Shown here: positions 13,001 to 23,899 of the stretch, piece by piece
Numbering within the stretch: position 1 is the first letter of the stretch
Layout: each line of letters opens with the position of its first letter
Origin: Malacoraja senta
Taxonomy: Eukaryota
DNA length: 60,000 bases
Direction: 5' to 3'
NCBI GenBank assembly: GCA_038087875.1
Contig: CM075988.1
Span: 15,688,001-15,748,000, forward strand
The notes under the pieces: model-generated
The model's input: the letters and a program-made list of their open reading frames with translations, nothing else
Database searches by the model: none
What the model was told of the DNA's origin: nothing
Program-made: the position numbers and the translations under genes

Positions 13001-16000
13001 ACCATCCAAAGGATTTTCCACTGTGGCAAATTCCTCCCATTGTTTATTGCTTTTATTCTGCAGTTAGTAGAGCTGTTACCTCACAGCCCCAGTGACCTGG
13101 TTCAATCCTGACCTCCATGCTGTTTGTATGGAGCTTGTACATTCTCCCTGTGAATGTGTGCACATTACTTGGGTGCTCATCCAAAAGATGTGTGGATTGG
13201 TAGGTTAATTGACTACCATAAATTGTCCCAAGTGTGTAGCCGAGGAATAGAAATTACAGGAATGTGGTGAGAATAGTAACAAAAATTAATAGTAGTTCTG
13301 CGAGACAAATAAACTTGATGGATTGAAAGCAGAAAGGTAGGAATTGAAAAAAACTGTGCCTTGCACATCCTTCATATCAGGGAGCTTATAATGTCATTTC
13401 TTCTGAGCGCTACTTTACAATAAGGTACATTACAGTCAATATATTCAGTAATTTTTTTGTAAATACCGGAACTCTAAAATAAAACAACAGAAAATGCTAG
13501 ACAAACTCATCCGGTGAGTCAATATCTGAGAAATTTGAAATAGCTAACATCTCAGATTGAAGATCCTGCATCCAAACTGATGAAGACCCTTCTGTTATGC
13601 TGAAGGGTCTTCCACTTGAAATGTCAACTGTCACTCTGTCCACAGATGCTGTTTGTCCTGCTGAGTTTTCCCAGCATTTTCTATTTTATTTCAAAACCTC
13701 ACAGTATCTGGCAAATACTAGGAGCAGGAAGAACTAGGGAGGGGGAGGGGGGATATTGGAGGGTTGAAGTGATTTTTCCTGGCATCTTATTTCTTGTGGT
13801 ACAGAGGTGAAAGCAAAGCCCCTCTAAGGATCAGCCACAATTGAAGATTTTTTGCTCTCTTACCCTCTCAAACCCTGAACTGGGGTTCCAAGTTCTTGTT
13901 GACATCTTATAGTCTTCTTCTCGTCTTCTTAAAGGTGCATTCTAAAAACAAATGAAATAGTACAATTAGTTTTCTTTTCTTCATCCCAAAGTAATCGTTC
14001 TAGTAGAAAACACCAATGACAATAACAGCAGCACACCTCCATAAAAAAGTGAGATTTTCTCACAGCGCGGGTTATATCCTGACCTCGATTTCTGCATGAA
14101 GATTGAATGTTCTCCCTGTGACCGCCTCAGTTTCCCCCCGCATCCCATAGACTTGTGGGTCAATTGGCCTCTGTAAATTGCCCCTAGTGTGTTGAAACTG
14201 GATGCAAAAGTGGATTAACATAGAACTAGTGTGAAATGGTAATCAATGATTGGCATAGATTCTGTGGGCCAAAGGGTTTCCATGTTGTATCTCTAAACTC
14301 AACTAATCTATTAGTTGTGTAGGAAGGAACTGCAGATCCTAGTTTAAACCAAAGATAGACACAAAAAGCTGGAGCAACTCAGCGGGACAGGCAGCATCTC
14401 TGGAGAGGAGGAATGGGTGACGTTTCGGGTTGAAACCCTCTTCAAACCCTTCTTGAGACCCTGAAGAAGGGTCTCGACCCGAAACGTCACCCATCTTTCA
14501 TCTTTATCTTTATCTATCTTTAAAATGTCTATCTTTAATCTAATACTTGCACGGTTTGATGCTAGTGGTCGAGGTACACTGGGTTCCTATCCGTCGTTCG
14601 ACAGTGCTCTGGCATTATTTTCTGGATGTTTTTCAAAGTGTGCATGGACATCAGCATCTGAGTTAATTCCTCAGCTCTGCTTCTAAGCTTGACTTAAAGA
14701 TACTGGTCCAGCAGCAATGGGGTTGCCCAATAACATCTATACATGCGAAAAAACGTGTTTACAAAAATCAATACAATTTTAAATGCTATAGGGATTCAAA
14801 GAGTGGTGGTAATTTATATCACTATTCTAAAGTGCTGGTTCAGGTTGTGAACTTTGTCATACTGCAGAGAAAAGGCATACTTTTGTATTAAATTCAGTTT
14901 TCAGGATTCGCGCATTACTAGTGTAATCAGTATATATATCGTTCATCCCTAACTGCCTTGAGAAAGTTATGGTGCCATCTTGTTGAATTGCTACAATCCT
15001 GGTGAAGACAGTCGGGGAGGTATGATGAAGGAACAGTGCATGTTTCCAAATCAGGACATTATACAATTTGGAGAAAAATCTGCAGGTGGCAGTGTTCACA
15101 TGTGTCTGAAGCCCTAGTCAGTTTTGGTGATAGAAGTTGCATGTTTGGGAGGAGTAGTCAGCATAGCCTAGGAGAGTATTTTACACATGACGCATGTTGC
15201 AGCCTTTGCATTCTGGTAGTGGAGGGAATAGGGTGATGATGAGGTACCATCATCCAGGCTGCTTTGTCCTGGACAGTTTCAAGCTGCTTGACAGTCGTTG
15301 GGACTGCACTCATCCAGCCAAGTGGAAAGTCGTGATACTAACTTGCACCTCATAAATGAAGGAAAGGCTGGGGACATCAGGAGGCAAGTCTCTTGTCACT
15401 GGATACCTAGCCTCTGACTTCTCAAGCAGGTGGTTAGAATCTCTTGCTGGAAATGGTCACTGCCTGGCACTTTTGTGACATGAATGCTACTTGCCATTTA
15501 TCAACCAGAATACTGTCTATGTATTCTGAAGGGCCCCAACCCAAAACGTCAGTCTGAAGAATGGTCCTGACCCGAAATGTCACCTATCCATGTTCTGCAT
15601 GGCTGCTGCCTGACCTGCTTAGTTATCCTGTAACTTTTTATTAATACTGTCTCTGCCTTGCTGCAGGCAAACATGAACTGCTTCATTTGGTGGGGAGTTC
15701 TTGCTGCATGCAAACTCAATGTGCAATGCAACATAGTAGTAGTCATCAAGAGGGAGGGGAAAAAACAAATTAATTTTGTGCTTCTAATTGCTTTCCATTA
15801 AGACCTTTCGGGACTTGTGGATGCCAAATTACTACTTCATCACACTTAACTGGAATTCCAACTACAATTAATTAATGCTTCAGCAATCAGTGCCACTTAC
15901 AGAGGAGAAAGGTGACTTTGCTGAGATACTAAAGAATATTTGGCACAGTGGAAATGTTCCACATTCCAGCAAGAATGAAAATAAATGGAAAATATGAAAG

Positions 16001-19000
16001 AGAAACAGACTCGTCAGAAAACACCACAGTCAATGAGAAGCCATTCATGAAGAATACTGGCATATTCAACCTCCTCTGGCAAAGTCTTACCTGCAGAGGA
16101 TGATCTGTAGAGCTAACTATAACAACATCAGGGCTGGGAGAGAATTTTAGATGACTGATTGGCTGCTGAAAGTTGCTGTGCATTGACTCACTTGGTACAT
16201 CTTCTTTGTTCAAACTGCACAATGAAAGAAAGCAAATCACTGATCTGAACACATCAATGGCAAACAGTAATTCTTACACCATTTTAAATTGCTGCAAGAC
16301 CTCTCATCAATATGTCGTCCTCAAGTTGCACCTCCAAAAGCTTGTTATTTAGTCATTCATATCATGGTTATTTGTGGGATTTCACAATGGCTGCCACATT
16401 GGAGGCATAAGTGCATTTCAGTTATTTAATGTGTAATGCATTTATTAATGTCACACTTGTAGAGATCCAGTCATATTGTCATGTTCAGATGAAAGAAAAA
16501 AAAATTGGGGCAGACTTAATCCAATGTAGCAGCAATAAACAAATACATGTCCCTTTGTGCAAATTGACAAGAAAATCGCTTTATGTTGTATCCACAAGCT
16601 CTTTTTACCCATAACCATCGCAATCTTTTCTGAGGCACAACTACTATAGACAAATTCTGCTTAAAGTTTAGAGATACAGCATTAAAACAGGCGAAAATGT
16701 AGAAACAAAGAACTGCAGAAGCTGGTTTATACCCAAAGAACGGTCCCGACCCAAAACGTCAGCTATCCTTTTTCTCCAGAGATGTTGCCTGACCCGCTGA
16801 GTTATTCCAGCACTTTGTGTCTATCTATGGAAATAGGCCATTTGGCCCACTAGGTCCACGATGACCATCCCGTTCAGACTAATTCACTGTTATCTAACTG
16901 TCTCATCCACTCCCTACACATTAGGGAGAATTCACAAAGGCCAATTAGCCAACAACCCACACGTCTTTGGGATATGGGATGAAAATAAAGCACTCGGAGG
17001 AAACCCACACAGTTACACAGACAGAGCCTCTGGTGCTTTAATGCAGCAGCCCTGTGTTGATCCATCAACTTAGATAGTTCCCTCAAAAGAAAATGTTATT
17101 GAAGGGGTAAAAATAGGGGTAAATCTCTAAACTCGTCTTGGATATTGCATTTTTTAAACAACAACCTTTCCAACAGCACGCACACAAGGTGGATGGGGAT
17201 TTAACGTTTCATCAGAAAGGTGTCGGCTCTAAGAATTAAGTACTAGATTAAATCTAGGTGATGTAGTTGGCTATCATAAATAATCATGATAGCCAATTTA
17301 TATCCAGCAAGACCAATCAACAAGCAAGACCAATCAACAAGCATTTTGTGATATTTGACTAAATATTTAACAAAGCACAAGAAAGACTGCCCCTCAAAAA
17401 AGGCAACACTTCCTCCATTCGGTACTAAAGTACCAGCCCATAAAATGCTGGTACCTGAATGCAGAATTGAGGAAGTGATAAAAGCTTACAATCATTCATC
17501 GAATTATGTTTTTTCTTTTTTGTTTTGTTTTCCATTTTAGCATTTTGTATTTTTCTTCCCTTATCGAATAAATCTGATAACAAAGTGAAGATATCTCATA
17601 CGCATTACACACCTTTCAGACGTACAATTGGTCTAGTGATCCAATAATTTCCTGTTTTTTTCAAGATCTCCAATCTCCAAATCATTGTCAAGCCTCGGGA
17701 ATTGCTTTTCATTGGAATAAGCCTGCAAGCAACCCATGGCTTCCAGGATAAGAAACGTTTCCTCAGAAACATTCTTTCATGTGATGCAAATACTCTATTT
17801 TAAATAGGTCCAGAGGCAGCTATTCCTCATCTATATAATCCAATATATTTTTCACAATGAAAGATCTATTATTATTCAAACCAGATTTGTATTCCCCTTA
17901 CCTATTATTGTACAGTGGAGGAACCACTACCCAGTGATCCCGTCGAAGATCAGCAACGGGTCTATTGGAAATTGCATCAGATGTAACCACCAACCTAAAA
18001 GCGTGAGAGTGTGCAAAAGAGAAAATAATTACCAAGCTAATTGTGGTAAAATAACAATATCTAACATAATATTTACATGGTATACAATGCTGCACTGCTA
18101 TTTAATTAGCATATTCCTCCGTTGAATGAGAAAACGTAATGAAAAGTCCGTGCTGATCGACGATCCCCGTACATCAGCACTATCCTGCACACTAGGGACA
18201 ATTTATCATTTTAACCGTGGCCAATTAACCTACAAATCTGTATGTCTTTGGTGTGGGAGGAAACTGGAGCACCCCGAGAAAACCCACACTGTCAAAACTC
18301 CATACAGACAGCATCCATAGTCAGGATTGAACCCGGGTCCCGAGTGTTGTAAGACAGCAACTCGGCCGCTGTGCCCTAGAGGCGGTTTGAGGGGGAGAGC
18401 TGAGCCGTTCTATTTCACATAATGATGAATAGAATCAGATCTGAAACTCAGATTTTCTTAACGTTACTGAAGCTAAAGGATTCTGTAAGTTCAGATTCAA
18501 ACTCACTGTAAGCTTCCATTTCTTCCACCCAAAAGACAAGCTTTCTTCAGCATCACGATTAGGAGACTTGATGTACATTCCATTGGTTTTACTAGATATG
18601 GGGTGAGCTGTTTAAATTGACTTAATACGATAGATAGGGAGGAAATGTTTCACTCCAGAACAAAAGATGAAATGAGGAAATACTTTCTCACACAAAGGAG
18701 CAGATGCCCGGAACTCTTCAATCCTCCCCCCTTCAAAAGCTGTGGATACAGAGGGTCTCTTGAAATGTCAGAACAGTGTGTGGACTTTGTGGGTTAAGGA
18801 CACAAAGGACATTCAGCAAACTTGTGTGAATGGAACTGAAGAGCACATCAGCAATGATTTAATCAAGTGGAAGAATAGTGCTCCCATCTTCTGTTCTACA
18901 AATAAAATCTTTGAAATAAGCATACCTGGGCAGGTTGGATGGGGAGTGCACCTTCTGCCTGACAAGCTGGCTCTTTGGGCGGTCACTTTGATGCGTCCAG

Positions 19001-20264
19001 GGAACAAGGCCAAGCTGTTGTCTAATGCGATTAAAACTGCAAAGGAATGGACAACGCAATTAGGGGCTTACATGGTAAAAGAATGGTTACAATCTCTTGA
19101 TTCTGCAACAGTTCGAGGTAAAAGCAATCCAGCTGGTCCACTCTCCTGCCTTCTTCCTAAAGCACTGCTAATTCTCTCTCTGGATATTTATGGAGCAACA
19201 AGCGACAAGAGGACTGGGGCGGCAGTGGTAGAGTTGCTACTTTAAAGCGCCAGATCAGTCCTGACAATGAGTGCTGTCTGTATGGAGTTTGTACATTCTC
19301 CCTGTGATTACGTGGCTTTTCTACATGTGCTCCGGTTTTCTCCCACAGTCCGAAGACATACAGGTTTATGGGTTAATAGGCTTTGATGAAATTATAAATT
19401 GTCCCTAGTGTGTAGGATAGTGCTGGTCGGCACGGAGTCAGTGGGCCAAAGGGCCTGTTTCCCCGCTGTATCTCTAAATTCTAAAGTACAAAGAATTAGA
19501 CTTTATTACTACCTTTGCCAGTACATTACAAATTCTAACCATTTGTTTTGTAAATAAATGTTGCTTCTTGTTACCTTAGTTTCCTTTGCCAATCACCTCA
19601 TTCTATGTCTCCCATTTCTTGACCCCTCTGCCAATCTATAACATTTCCCCTAAAGTGAAAGGAATGGATGAGAAAGTGGGATAACATAGAACTAGTGTGA
19701 ACACGTGATCTATGTAGCTGTGGGCTGTAGGGCATGTTTCCGTTGCATCTCTAAACTAAACCTGTATCCACCTATCACTTGCCAGGCTTTGTCCTGTCTC
19801 TGCCTCTCTTTCAGCTTTCTTTTCCCTACAACAATTAGTCTGAACAAGGGTCAAGAAACGTAGCCTATCTGTGTATGCCCGAGAGGCTGACCTTCTCGAG
19901 CGCTTTTTTTTTGTAAACCATCATCTGCAGTTCAGTCTCATACTGCGTAAGGATCAAAGATACGAGATTATCTACAATGCAGTTGAAGTGTAAATCAGTG
20001 GGTCTTCACTATCCCGTGAAAATACCTTGAATATTTCATGAATTTCAATGCGTGTAATAACGGAGTGGAGTACTTCTCAGAGTATTTACGACACTTTGGT
20101 TCCAATCAAATCCTGATGAAACTCAATCTATATATAACATTTGTCATTTAACATACAACATAATGTTTTGTAATTTTTGTAACGAGACTTACTGTAAGAA
20201 CACAGCTCATTCCTTACCTTTCCTGCAAGTCATCCCATGTTTTCTCAGTTTTATTAGATGCCAT
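984..20264 (-). CDS. Uncharacterised multi-exon gene 'A' (12 coding exons, ~446 aa, acidic helical C-terminal half)
   Basis: Exons (minus strand): 20218-20264, 17902-17994, 17609-17722, 16091-16214, 13864-13941, 12823-12954, 8345-8400, 7034-7238, 4935-5081, 3950-4073, 1802-1914, 984-1091. They join in one open frame from ATG (20264) to TAA (984). The 3' exons have clean AG/GT sites; the exon 3 donor and the 5' end are less certain. Confidence 0.75.
1802..1914 (-). CDS. Gene A exon 11 (SMLDILLDQYLSISHYNCTTIDNVALKDYHVKAFTDV)
   Basis: Acceptor tcctttttcag|, donor |gtgagt, phase 1 to 0. Confidence 0.85.
2231..3748 (-). mobile_element. CR1-clade LINE, 5'-truncated RT and 3' UTR, frameshifted with an internal deletion
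   Basis: ORF fragments [60 protein letters not shown]; (ctattgt)n tail; same family as 44733-47842. Confidence 0.95.
3950..4073 (-). CDS. Gene A exon 10 (VRTYAGKRLIDMFLLEIMLKALGNEGRAFSEEVELDRMLLD)
   Basis: Acceptor tgtgcag|, donor |gtaagt, phase 0 to 1. Confidence 0.85.
4935..5081 (-). CDS. Gene A exon 9 (VKEAVNEVLLEEILQEDILPGMLDEEMRHVALQELSEHASKVYEQQLGE)
   Basis: Acceptor ctcacag|, donor |gtaaga, 147 nt, phase 0-0. Confidence 0.85.
5187..6075 (+). mobile_element. GC/CpG-rich non-autonomous retroposon with aatgacaaataaa + (attgt)n tail
   Basis: Abrupt GC-rich island inside an AT-rich intron; tail resembles Rex1-type LINE 3' ends; short flanking direct repeat actact. Confidence 0.65.
7034..7238 (-). 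CDS. Gene A exon 8 (IDQLGAFKPRPAVSILETLLDEEICDLTRGLIRNVLEEF...IKPILPQI)
   Basis: Acceptor atttcag|, donor |gtaggt; lies in ORF 6950..7375; phase 2 to 0. Confidence 0.85.
8345..8400 (-). CDS. Gene A exon 7 (HQPVYAQRVKKSHIQNELR), GC donor
   Basis: Strong poly-T ccccag| acceptor; CG|gcaagt donor gives the phase 2 that exon 8 needs. Confidence 0.7.
9632..9785 (+). mobile_element. CR1 3'-end fragment
   Basis: Matches the 3' UTR/tail of the CR1 at 47680-47842 (ctactcctgcacctattttctatgtttcta). Confidence 0.85.
10065..10330 (-). mobile_element. CR1 3'-end fragment
   Basis: [16 protein letters not shown]; tail similar to the 2231 copy. Confidence 0.9.
11190..11360 (-). mobile_element. CR1 3'-end fragment
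   Basis: aggtgcaggagtaggccatt...ctccccatatccc, reverse complement of the CR1 3' UTR. Confidence 0.85.
11382..12419. mobile_element. Non-autonomous DNA transposon, ~1.04 kb, superfamily unresolved
   Basis: Imperfect 14-bp TIRs (taggtatgttacaa / ttgcaacattgcta) flanked by direct repeat (a)ctaggat (11374-11381 and 12419-12426). Confidence 0.7.
12823..12954 (-). CDS. Gene A exon 6 (ELTAYYPFKENLAWYFVDAIILEVIQDKLVPDILMELLLSYNTK)
   Basis: Acceptor gactgcag|, donor AAG|gtactg, 132 nt, phase 0-0. Confidence 0.8.
13060..13330 (+). mobile_element. tRNA-derived V-domain SINE (degenerate)
   Basis: tagagctg...ggttcaatcctgacc head; ccaaaagatgtg...taggttaattg...aaattgtccc core. Confidence 0.65.
13864..13941 (-). 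CDS. Gene A exon 5 (NAPLRRREEDYKMSTRTWNPSSGFER)
   Basis: Acceptor tttgtttttag|, donor |gtaaga, 78 nt, phase 0-0. Confidence 0.75.
14315..14495. mobile_element. Penelope-derived short element (inverted pLTR pair) with hammerhead core
   Basis: Homologous to the 3' pLTR of the GIY-YIG element at 43478-44135; CTGAAGA..GAAACGTC at 14461-14488. Related copies lie at about 1250-1435, 7340-7460, 13480-13710, 15525-15640, 16695-16825, 19760-19935, 21174-21260, 30198-30310, 30883-31060, 35625-35745, 41783-41870, 42855-42935, 50643-50740, 52430-52580 and 54440-54625. Confidence 0.8.
14461..14492 (+). ncRNA. Minimal type-I hammerhead ribozyme core (PLE-type)
   Basis: CUGAAGA-A-GGGU(CUCG)ACCC-GAAA-C-GUC; helix III is only the palindrome ACGU; helix I is weak or truncated in this copy. 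Confidence 0.55.
16091..16214 (-). CDS. Gene A exon 4 (LNKEDVPSESMHSNFQQPISHLKFSPSPDVVIVSSTDHPLQ)
   Basis: Acceptor ttctttcattgtgcag|, donor CAG|gtaaga, phase 2 to 0. Confidence 0.7.
17609..17722 (-). CDS. Gene A exon 3 (RLIPMKSNSRGLTMIWRLEILKKTGNYWITRPIVRLKG)
   Basis: Acceptor gcttgcag|; three tandem GT donors, of which only GT|gtaatg keeps the frame. The exon can be skipped without a frameshift (phase 2-2). Confidence 0.45.
17902..17994 (-). CDS. Gene A exon 2 (RLVVTSDAISNRPVADLRRDHWVVVPPLYNN)
   Basis: Acceptor gcttttag|, donor AG|gtaagg, 93 nt, phase 2-2. Confidence 0.75.
18140..18378 (-). mobile_element. tRNA-derived V-domain SINE
   Basis: Minus-strand head ggcacagcggccgagttgc...gggttcaatcctgac, core gggtgctccagtttcctcccaca. 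Confidence 0.75.
19215..19480 (+). mobile_element. tRNA-derived V-domain SINE
   Basis: ggcagtggtagagttgct...gtgctccggttttctcccacagtccgaagac...gggcctgtttccccgctgtatctctaaa. Confidence 0.8.
20218..20264 (-). CDS. Gene A candidate first coding exon (MASNKTEKTWDDLQE)
   Basis: ATG at 20264, donor AG|gtaagg, phase 2 matches exon 2. An alternative phase-2 first exon (MAPAVGTG, donor near 20938) exists in the CpG island. Confidence 0.6.
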
Positions 20265-20679
20265 GAGTTAAGATTTTAACCCCGAACGTGAAAACAAATC
20301 GGATGTGCTCAAATAAACTCAGCATGCAGCGAATGTATTTTTAAAACAGATCAATTTGGGCGGGTGGCGTCGCTGTCAACCTCAACGTTTATTGATCTTC
20401 CTTTTATGGCGGTGACAACTTCTTAAACCACTGCACTCTGCAAGGTCAGGGCTTATGGGATGTTGTCCCAGCGATAAGTTTCACCTTTAAAGCATTATGG
20501 AGCGACAAACAAAAATCAATAAAGCACGTTTAATACCGTAAAACCCTAGGCGCTTCGCGTTTGTGTAATCAGATGTCAAATCAGTATGTCAACTCTCAAG
20601 TCCATCACACCACCAATTGTGCAGGACGGCACTGCAGATTCTGGTTTAAACCGAAAATAGACACAAATCTTCCCCTTCG

Positions 20680-21300
20680 GTCTCCCGGTGCCGAGCCATG
20701 CAATGCCGGTGCCGCTTCGTCCATTGCAACAACCAAGACACTTCAGAGCACTTCATTGCCTGCAAGGGCTTTTCCGGTCGCCCTGCCCGTTGAAAAGAGT
20801 TGTCCAATGATCAATTCATGTGCAGAGCCTGGATTTATCCACCGTCTCTCTCTCTCTCTCTCTCGTCCTTACACTGGAAGGCCGTTGCATCACAAACACA
20901 CACACACTGCGATGTCCAGGCCGCGGCCTAACTTCCACCTGCCCGTCCCGACGGCGGGAGCCATTCCTCCAGGCGACCGTGGATGGAGACTCTTCTTCAG
21001 CACGAAAGGCGGTTGGTTTCTCTTCTTCAGCCGGAATGACAGAGAGAGGGGGAGGGGAGGGGAGGGGAGGGGGGCAGTGAGAGCGGGTCTCACAAACTCC
21101 CGTCGGCGAGAGCGGAGGAGCAGGCCCGCGGCGCCCCGTTACCCCGGCAACCTGGCCTGCGGTTTCCAGGCAAGAGTCTGAAGAAGGGTCTCGCCCCGAA
21201 ACGCCATCTATTCCTTTTCTCCAGAGATGCTGAGTTACTCCAGCACTCAGTGTTTATATTCGGTTTCCAGGCAACGCCGGCTTCCCGACCTCGGCGACGA
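20680..21300 (-). promoter_or_regulatory. CpG-island promoter of gene A with RFX X-boxes
   Basis: CpG-rich; GTTACCCCGGCAAC at 21138-21151 and GTTTCCAGGCAAC at 21263-21275; GGAGGG repeats. Confidence 0.7.
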
Positions 21301-21667
21301 CATCTCATTTCACTGATTTTTCCTTCTCATTTTACTTCCCCCTCGGGTTCCCTTTCTCTGGCGCAGTTTCTGTCCCCTTCAAGGTTTAATGAAAAATAAT
21401 TATACCTTCTCTTCGTTCCCTTTTGGAAACAAGTAGAACTCCCAAATTCTCAAACCTTCCGATTATCTTGCAGTCTCTGGAAATTAATCCATTACACCCC
21501 ATTCCAAAGACGTAGGTTCATTGGCTTAGTATAATAGTAAGATTAAACGAGAATTTACCAGTTTGAAGTTTGATCTTTATTTTATAAGGAGTAACGTTGA
21601 GGGATTACTTGAAGAAGACCCAGTCCAGCCGCACACGCGTCAATCTTCAAAGCAGCGGAGTGACAAT

Positions 21668-22192
21668 TATTATTAAAGCTTTATTTCAGACACAGGTCCA
21701 TATAACACATCAAACAGTAAAAGGAGATACAAAAATACATATAAAATTGCACATTAGCCTATAAGATATACAAGCTATTGCACCAATGCCGTCTTAGCCT
21801 AGAAGTGAATCTATAGCAGCTTTTCAGAGGGCTGACTAGGGCTTCAATTATGTGGTTCTCTGACTTATCCAGGGACACATAAAACTAAACATCAGCTGTC
21901 TTAAGAGTGCCTCACAGGTTGGCACTCTAGTGGACACAAGCAATTGACTGGCACTATGCCATCTAGGGACACAAAGTAGCAACCTCATTGCATCATTGTA
22001 TGCTACCTTGAGCCTCTGCATACTCTTTTTCTTATAATTAGACCACAATTGAGCAGTATATAACGGTGTGATGTAGGTTCTGAACAGGGAACACTTCACA
22101 GGGTCAGAGCACATAGAAAACGTCCTTATAAGCATGTTAGATTGAAGATAAATTTTACAGCGCTGTCGGTAGAGGTCTTTGTCATCCGAGAC
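21668..22192 (-). mobile_element. 5'-truncated LINE 3' end (RTE-X-like) nested in the DIRS
   Basis: ORF 21848..22201 (LYRQRCKIYLQSNMLIRTFSMCS...AYNDAMRLLLCVPRWHSAS) resembles a post-RT LINE C-terminus; aataaa + (taa)n tail; TSD gacaat at 21662-21667 and 22193-22198. Clade recalled from memory, not verified. Confidence 0.75.
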
Positions 22193-22288
22193 GACAATCA
22201 CAGACGATAATTACTGAAGTATGATAGTAAGATGCATAAAGACTTAGAACTACCAGCTTGATCCTTTTATGAGGGTGGGAGCAGAGGG

Positions 22289-22401
22289 CACGTAATCCCT
22301 CAACGTTACTCCTCATAAAATAAAGATCAAACTTCAAACTGGTAAGTTCTCGTTTAATCTTACTATTTTACTTCGGAGTCACGTGAGTGACTACGTGAAG
22401 A
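22289..22401. repeat. DIRS internal complementary region (ICR)
   Basis: 22292-22367 is the reverse complement of 21533-21608; 22365-22401 is the reverse complement of 25927-25963. Confidence 0.92.
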
Positions 22402-22567
22402 TTTCAAAGCTCTGTGATTTCACACCGTGGATTAAAATCCAGGTGCTCACTGCACTAATTGACTCTATTTGAGTAAGCACAATCAACAATGCATAACCAC
22501 AACATTAAATGTAATCAGTTAATGGTTTTATTTATTTTAACAAAAGTAACTAAATTAGGCCCATTTA

Positions 22568-23556
22568 TTATAATGGGGGATTTAATACTGTATCCAGCAC
22601 GGCATCACCAAACACCCCGAGATCTTTAATCTCCTTATGGTAATACTTGTGAAACATCTGTTCACTTGCCCATCCTGCGGCCGCGAGGATAAGGTCTATT
22701 GGCATGTCTGAATCCCTGGCCGCCGATGTTGATGCCACCCTGGTGGAATGAGATTTAAATTTATCAGTATCAATACCTGAATAAATCAACACCTGTTTCA
22801 ACCATCTTGAAATTGTCTGTTGATACTTTCTTATGAGGCTTTTTATGACTAATAAAAAATGCCAATTCTGTGCCTCTTAAGATTCTTGTTGTTTCTATGT
22901 AACATTTTACATATGTTACTACACATAGCCGTGGATCTGTAGGATATGCTAAAAACTCCAACTTACATCCCGTGAACCCAGGTCTACTTTGCTTCAGTAA
23001 ATCATAGACATAGAATGTAACAGCATTCGCCCCTACTTTCATTCTGTCAATTCTTAGTTTCTGTAATGTTTGAACTCTCTGAGCTGAAACTAATGCCATG
23101 AGCATAACCAATTTCATGGTGATTTTGGCTAATGACAGAGTTTCAATAGGATTCCAATCCCTCAGCAACATCAGTACATCTTTTACATTCCAAATTTCTG
23201 TATACCTAGGTCTAGGAGGATTGGAGTTGAAAATTCCTTTCATAAACCTACAGACCCAAGGATGTGATCCTATTGGATTTTGTTCTGATTCACTGCTTAA
23301 ATATGCAGAGTGCACTTCGTGCAGTATTGATTGCACTATAACTTAATTTTAATTCATAGTATAGAGTTGAAAGAAACTCTATTACATCTGAAATTTCTGC
23401 TGTGTTACATGCAATGTTCTTTCCTGAACAAAACACCTCCCATTTCTTTATATAGGAAATGTTCTGCTTCTGGGTACTATTCCTCCAGGCTGCTGTCATA
23501 ACATCCACCGTACGATCTGATAATCCTTTTCCAAGATATGGCCTTAGAATCTGCAA
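22568..23556 (-). pseudogene. DIRS tyrosine recombinase (frameshifted into three pieces)
   Basis: SAQRVQTL (Arg), HSTR, GWASEQMFHKYY motifs; N-terminal LSYSAINTARSAL. Confidence 0.9.
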
Positions 23557-23595
23557 ATCAACAAACCAATACGATCATGTAAAGGATGTGGTTCA

Positions 23596-23899
23596 TCAGT
23601 TACAGGGTGTACAAGTAGTTTTATCTGCTTTGGAATAATCATAAGGGTTTTTTTTGATCATTTTTAACACCAGTGGGTACCATAGCTGTGTAGGCCAATC
23701 TGGTACTACCAAAATCCCTGAGGCTGAGTCTTGTTTAATTTTCTGTATGCATCTGTTGATTAAACAAAATGGTGGAAATGCATACAGAAACATACCACCC
23801 CAATGTAGCGAGAAAGCATCCACCGCAACTGCCCCAGGATCAGGTTCCCATGACACATACTTAGGCAATTGGTGGTTCAATCTTGATGTAAACAAATCA
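23596..23899 (-). pseudogene. DIRS adenine-methyltransferase-like domain fragment
   Basis: DLFTSRLNHQLPKYVSW...AVDAFSLHW...YAFPPF...LVVPDWPTQLWYP. Confidence 0.85.

Noticed and set aside
14546..14736. Exon-like block on - (tag| acceptor, possible GC donor) between gene A exons 4 and 5
   Set aside because: Stops in all three frames, and the model joins in frame without it; at most a decayed exon.
18742..19245. 167-aa + strand ORF
   Set aside because: Non-ATG start; spans decayed CR1 and SINE sequence.
19215..19290. tRNA gene
   Set aside because: tRNA-like SINE heads only; no complete cloverleaf.
20561..21181. 206-aa + strand ORF
   Set aside because: Runs through a CpG island, microsatellites and repeat fragments; no coding signature.
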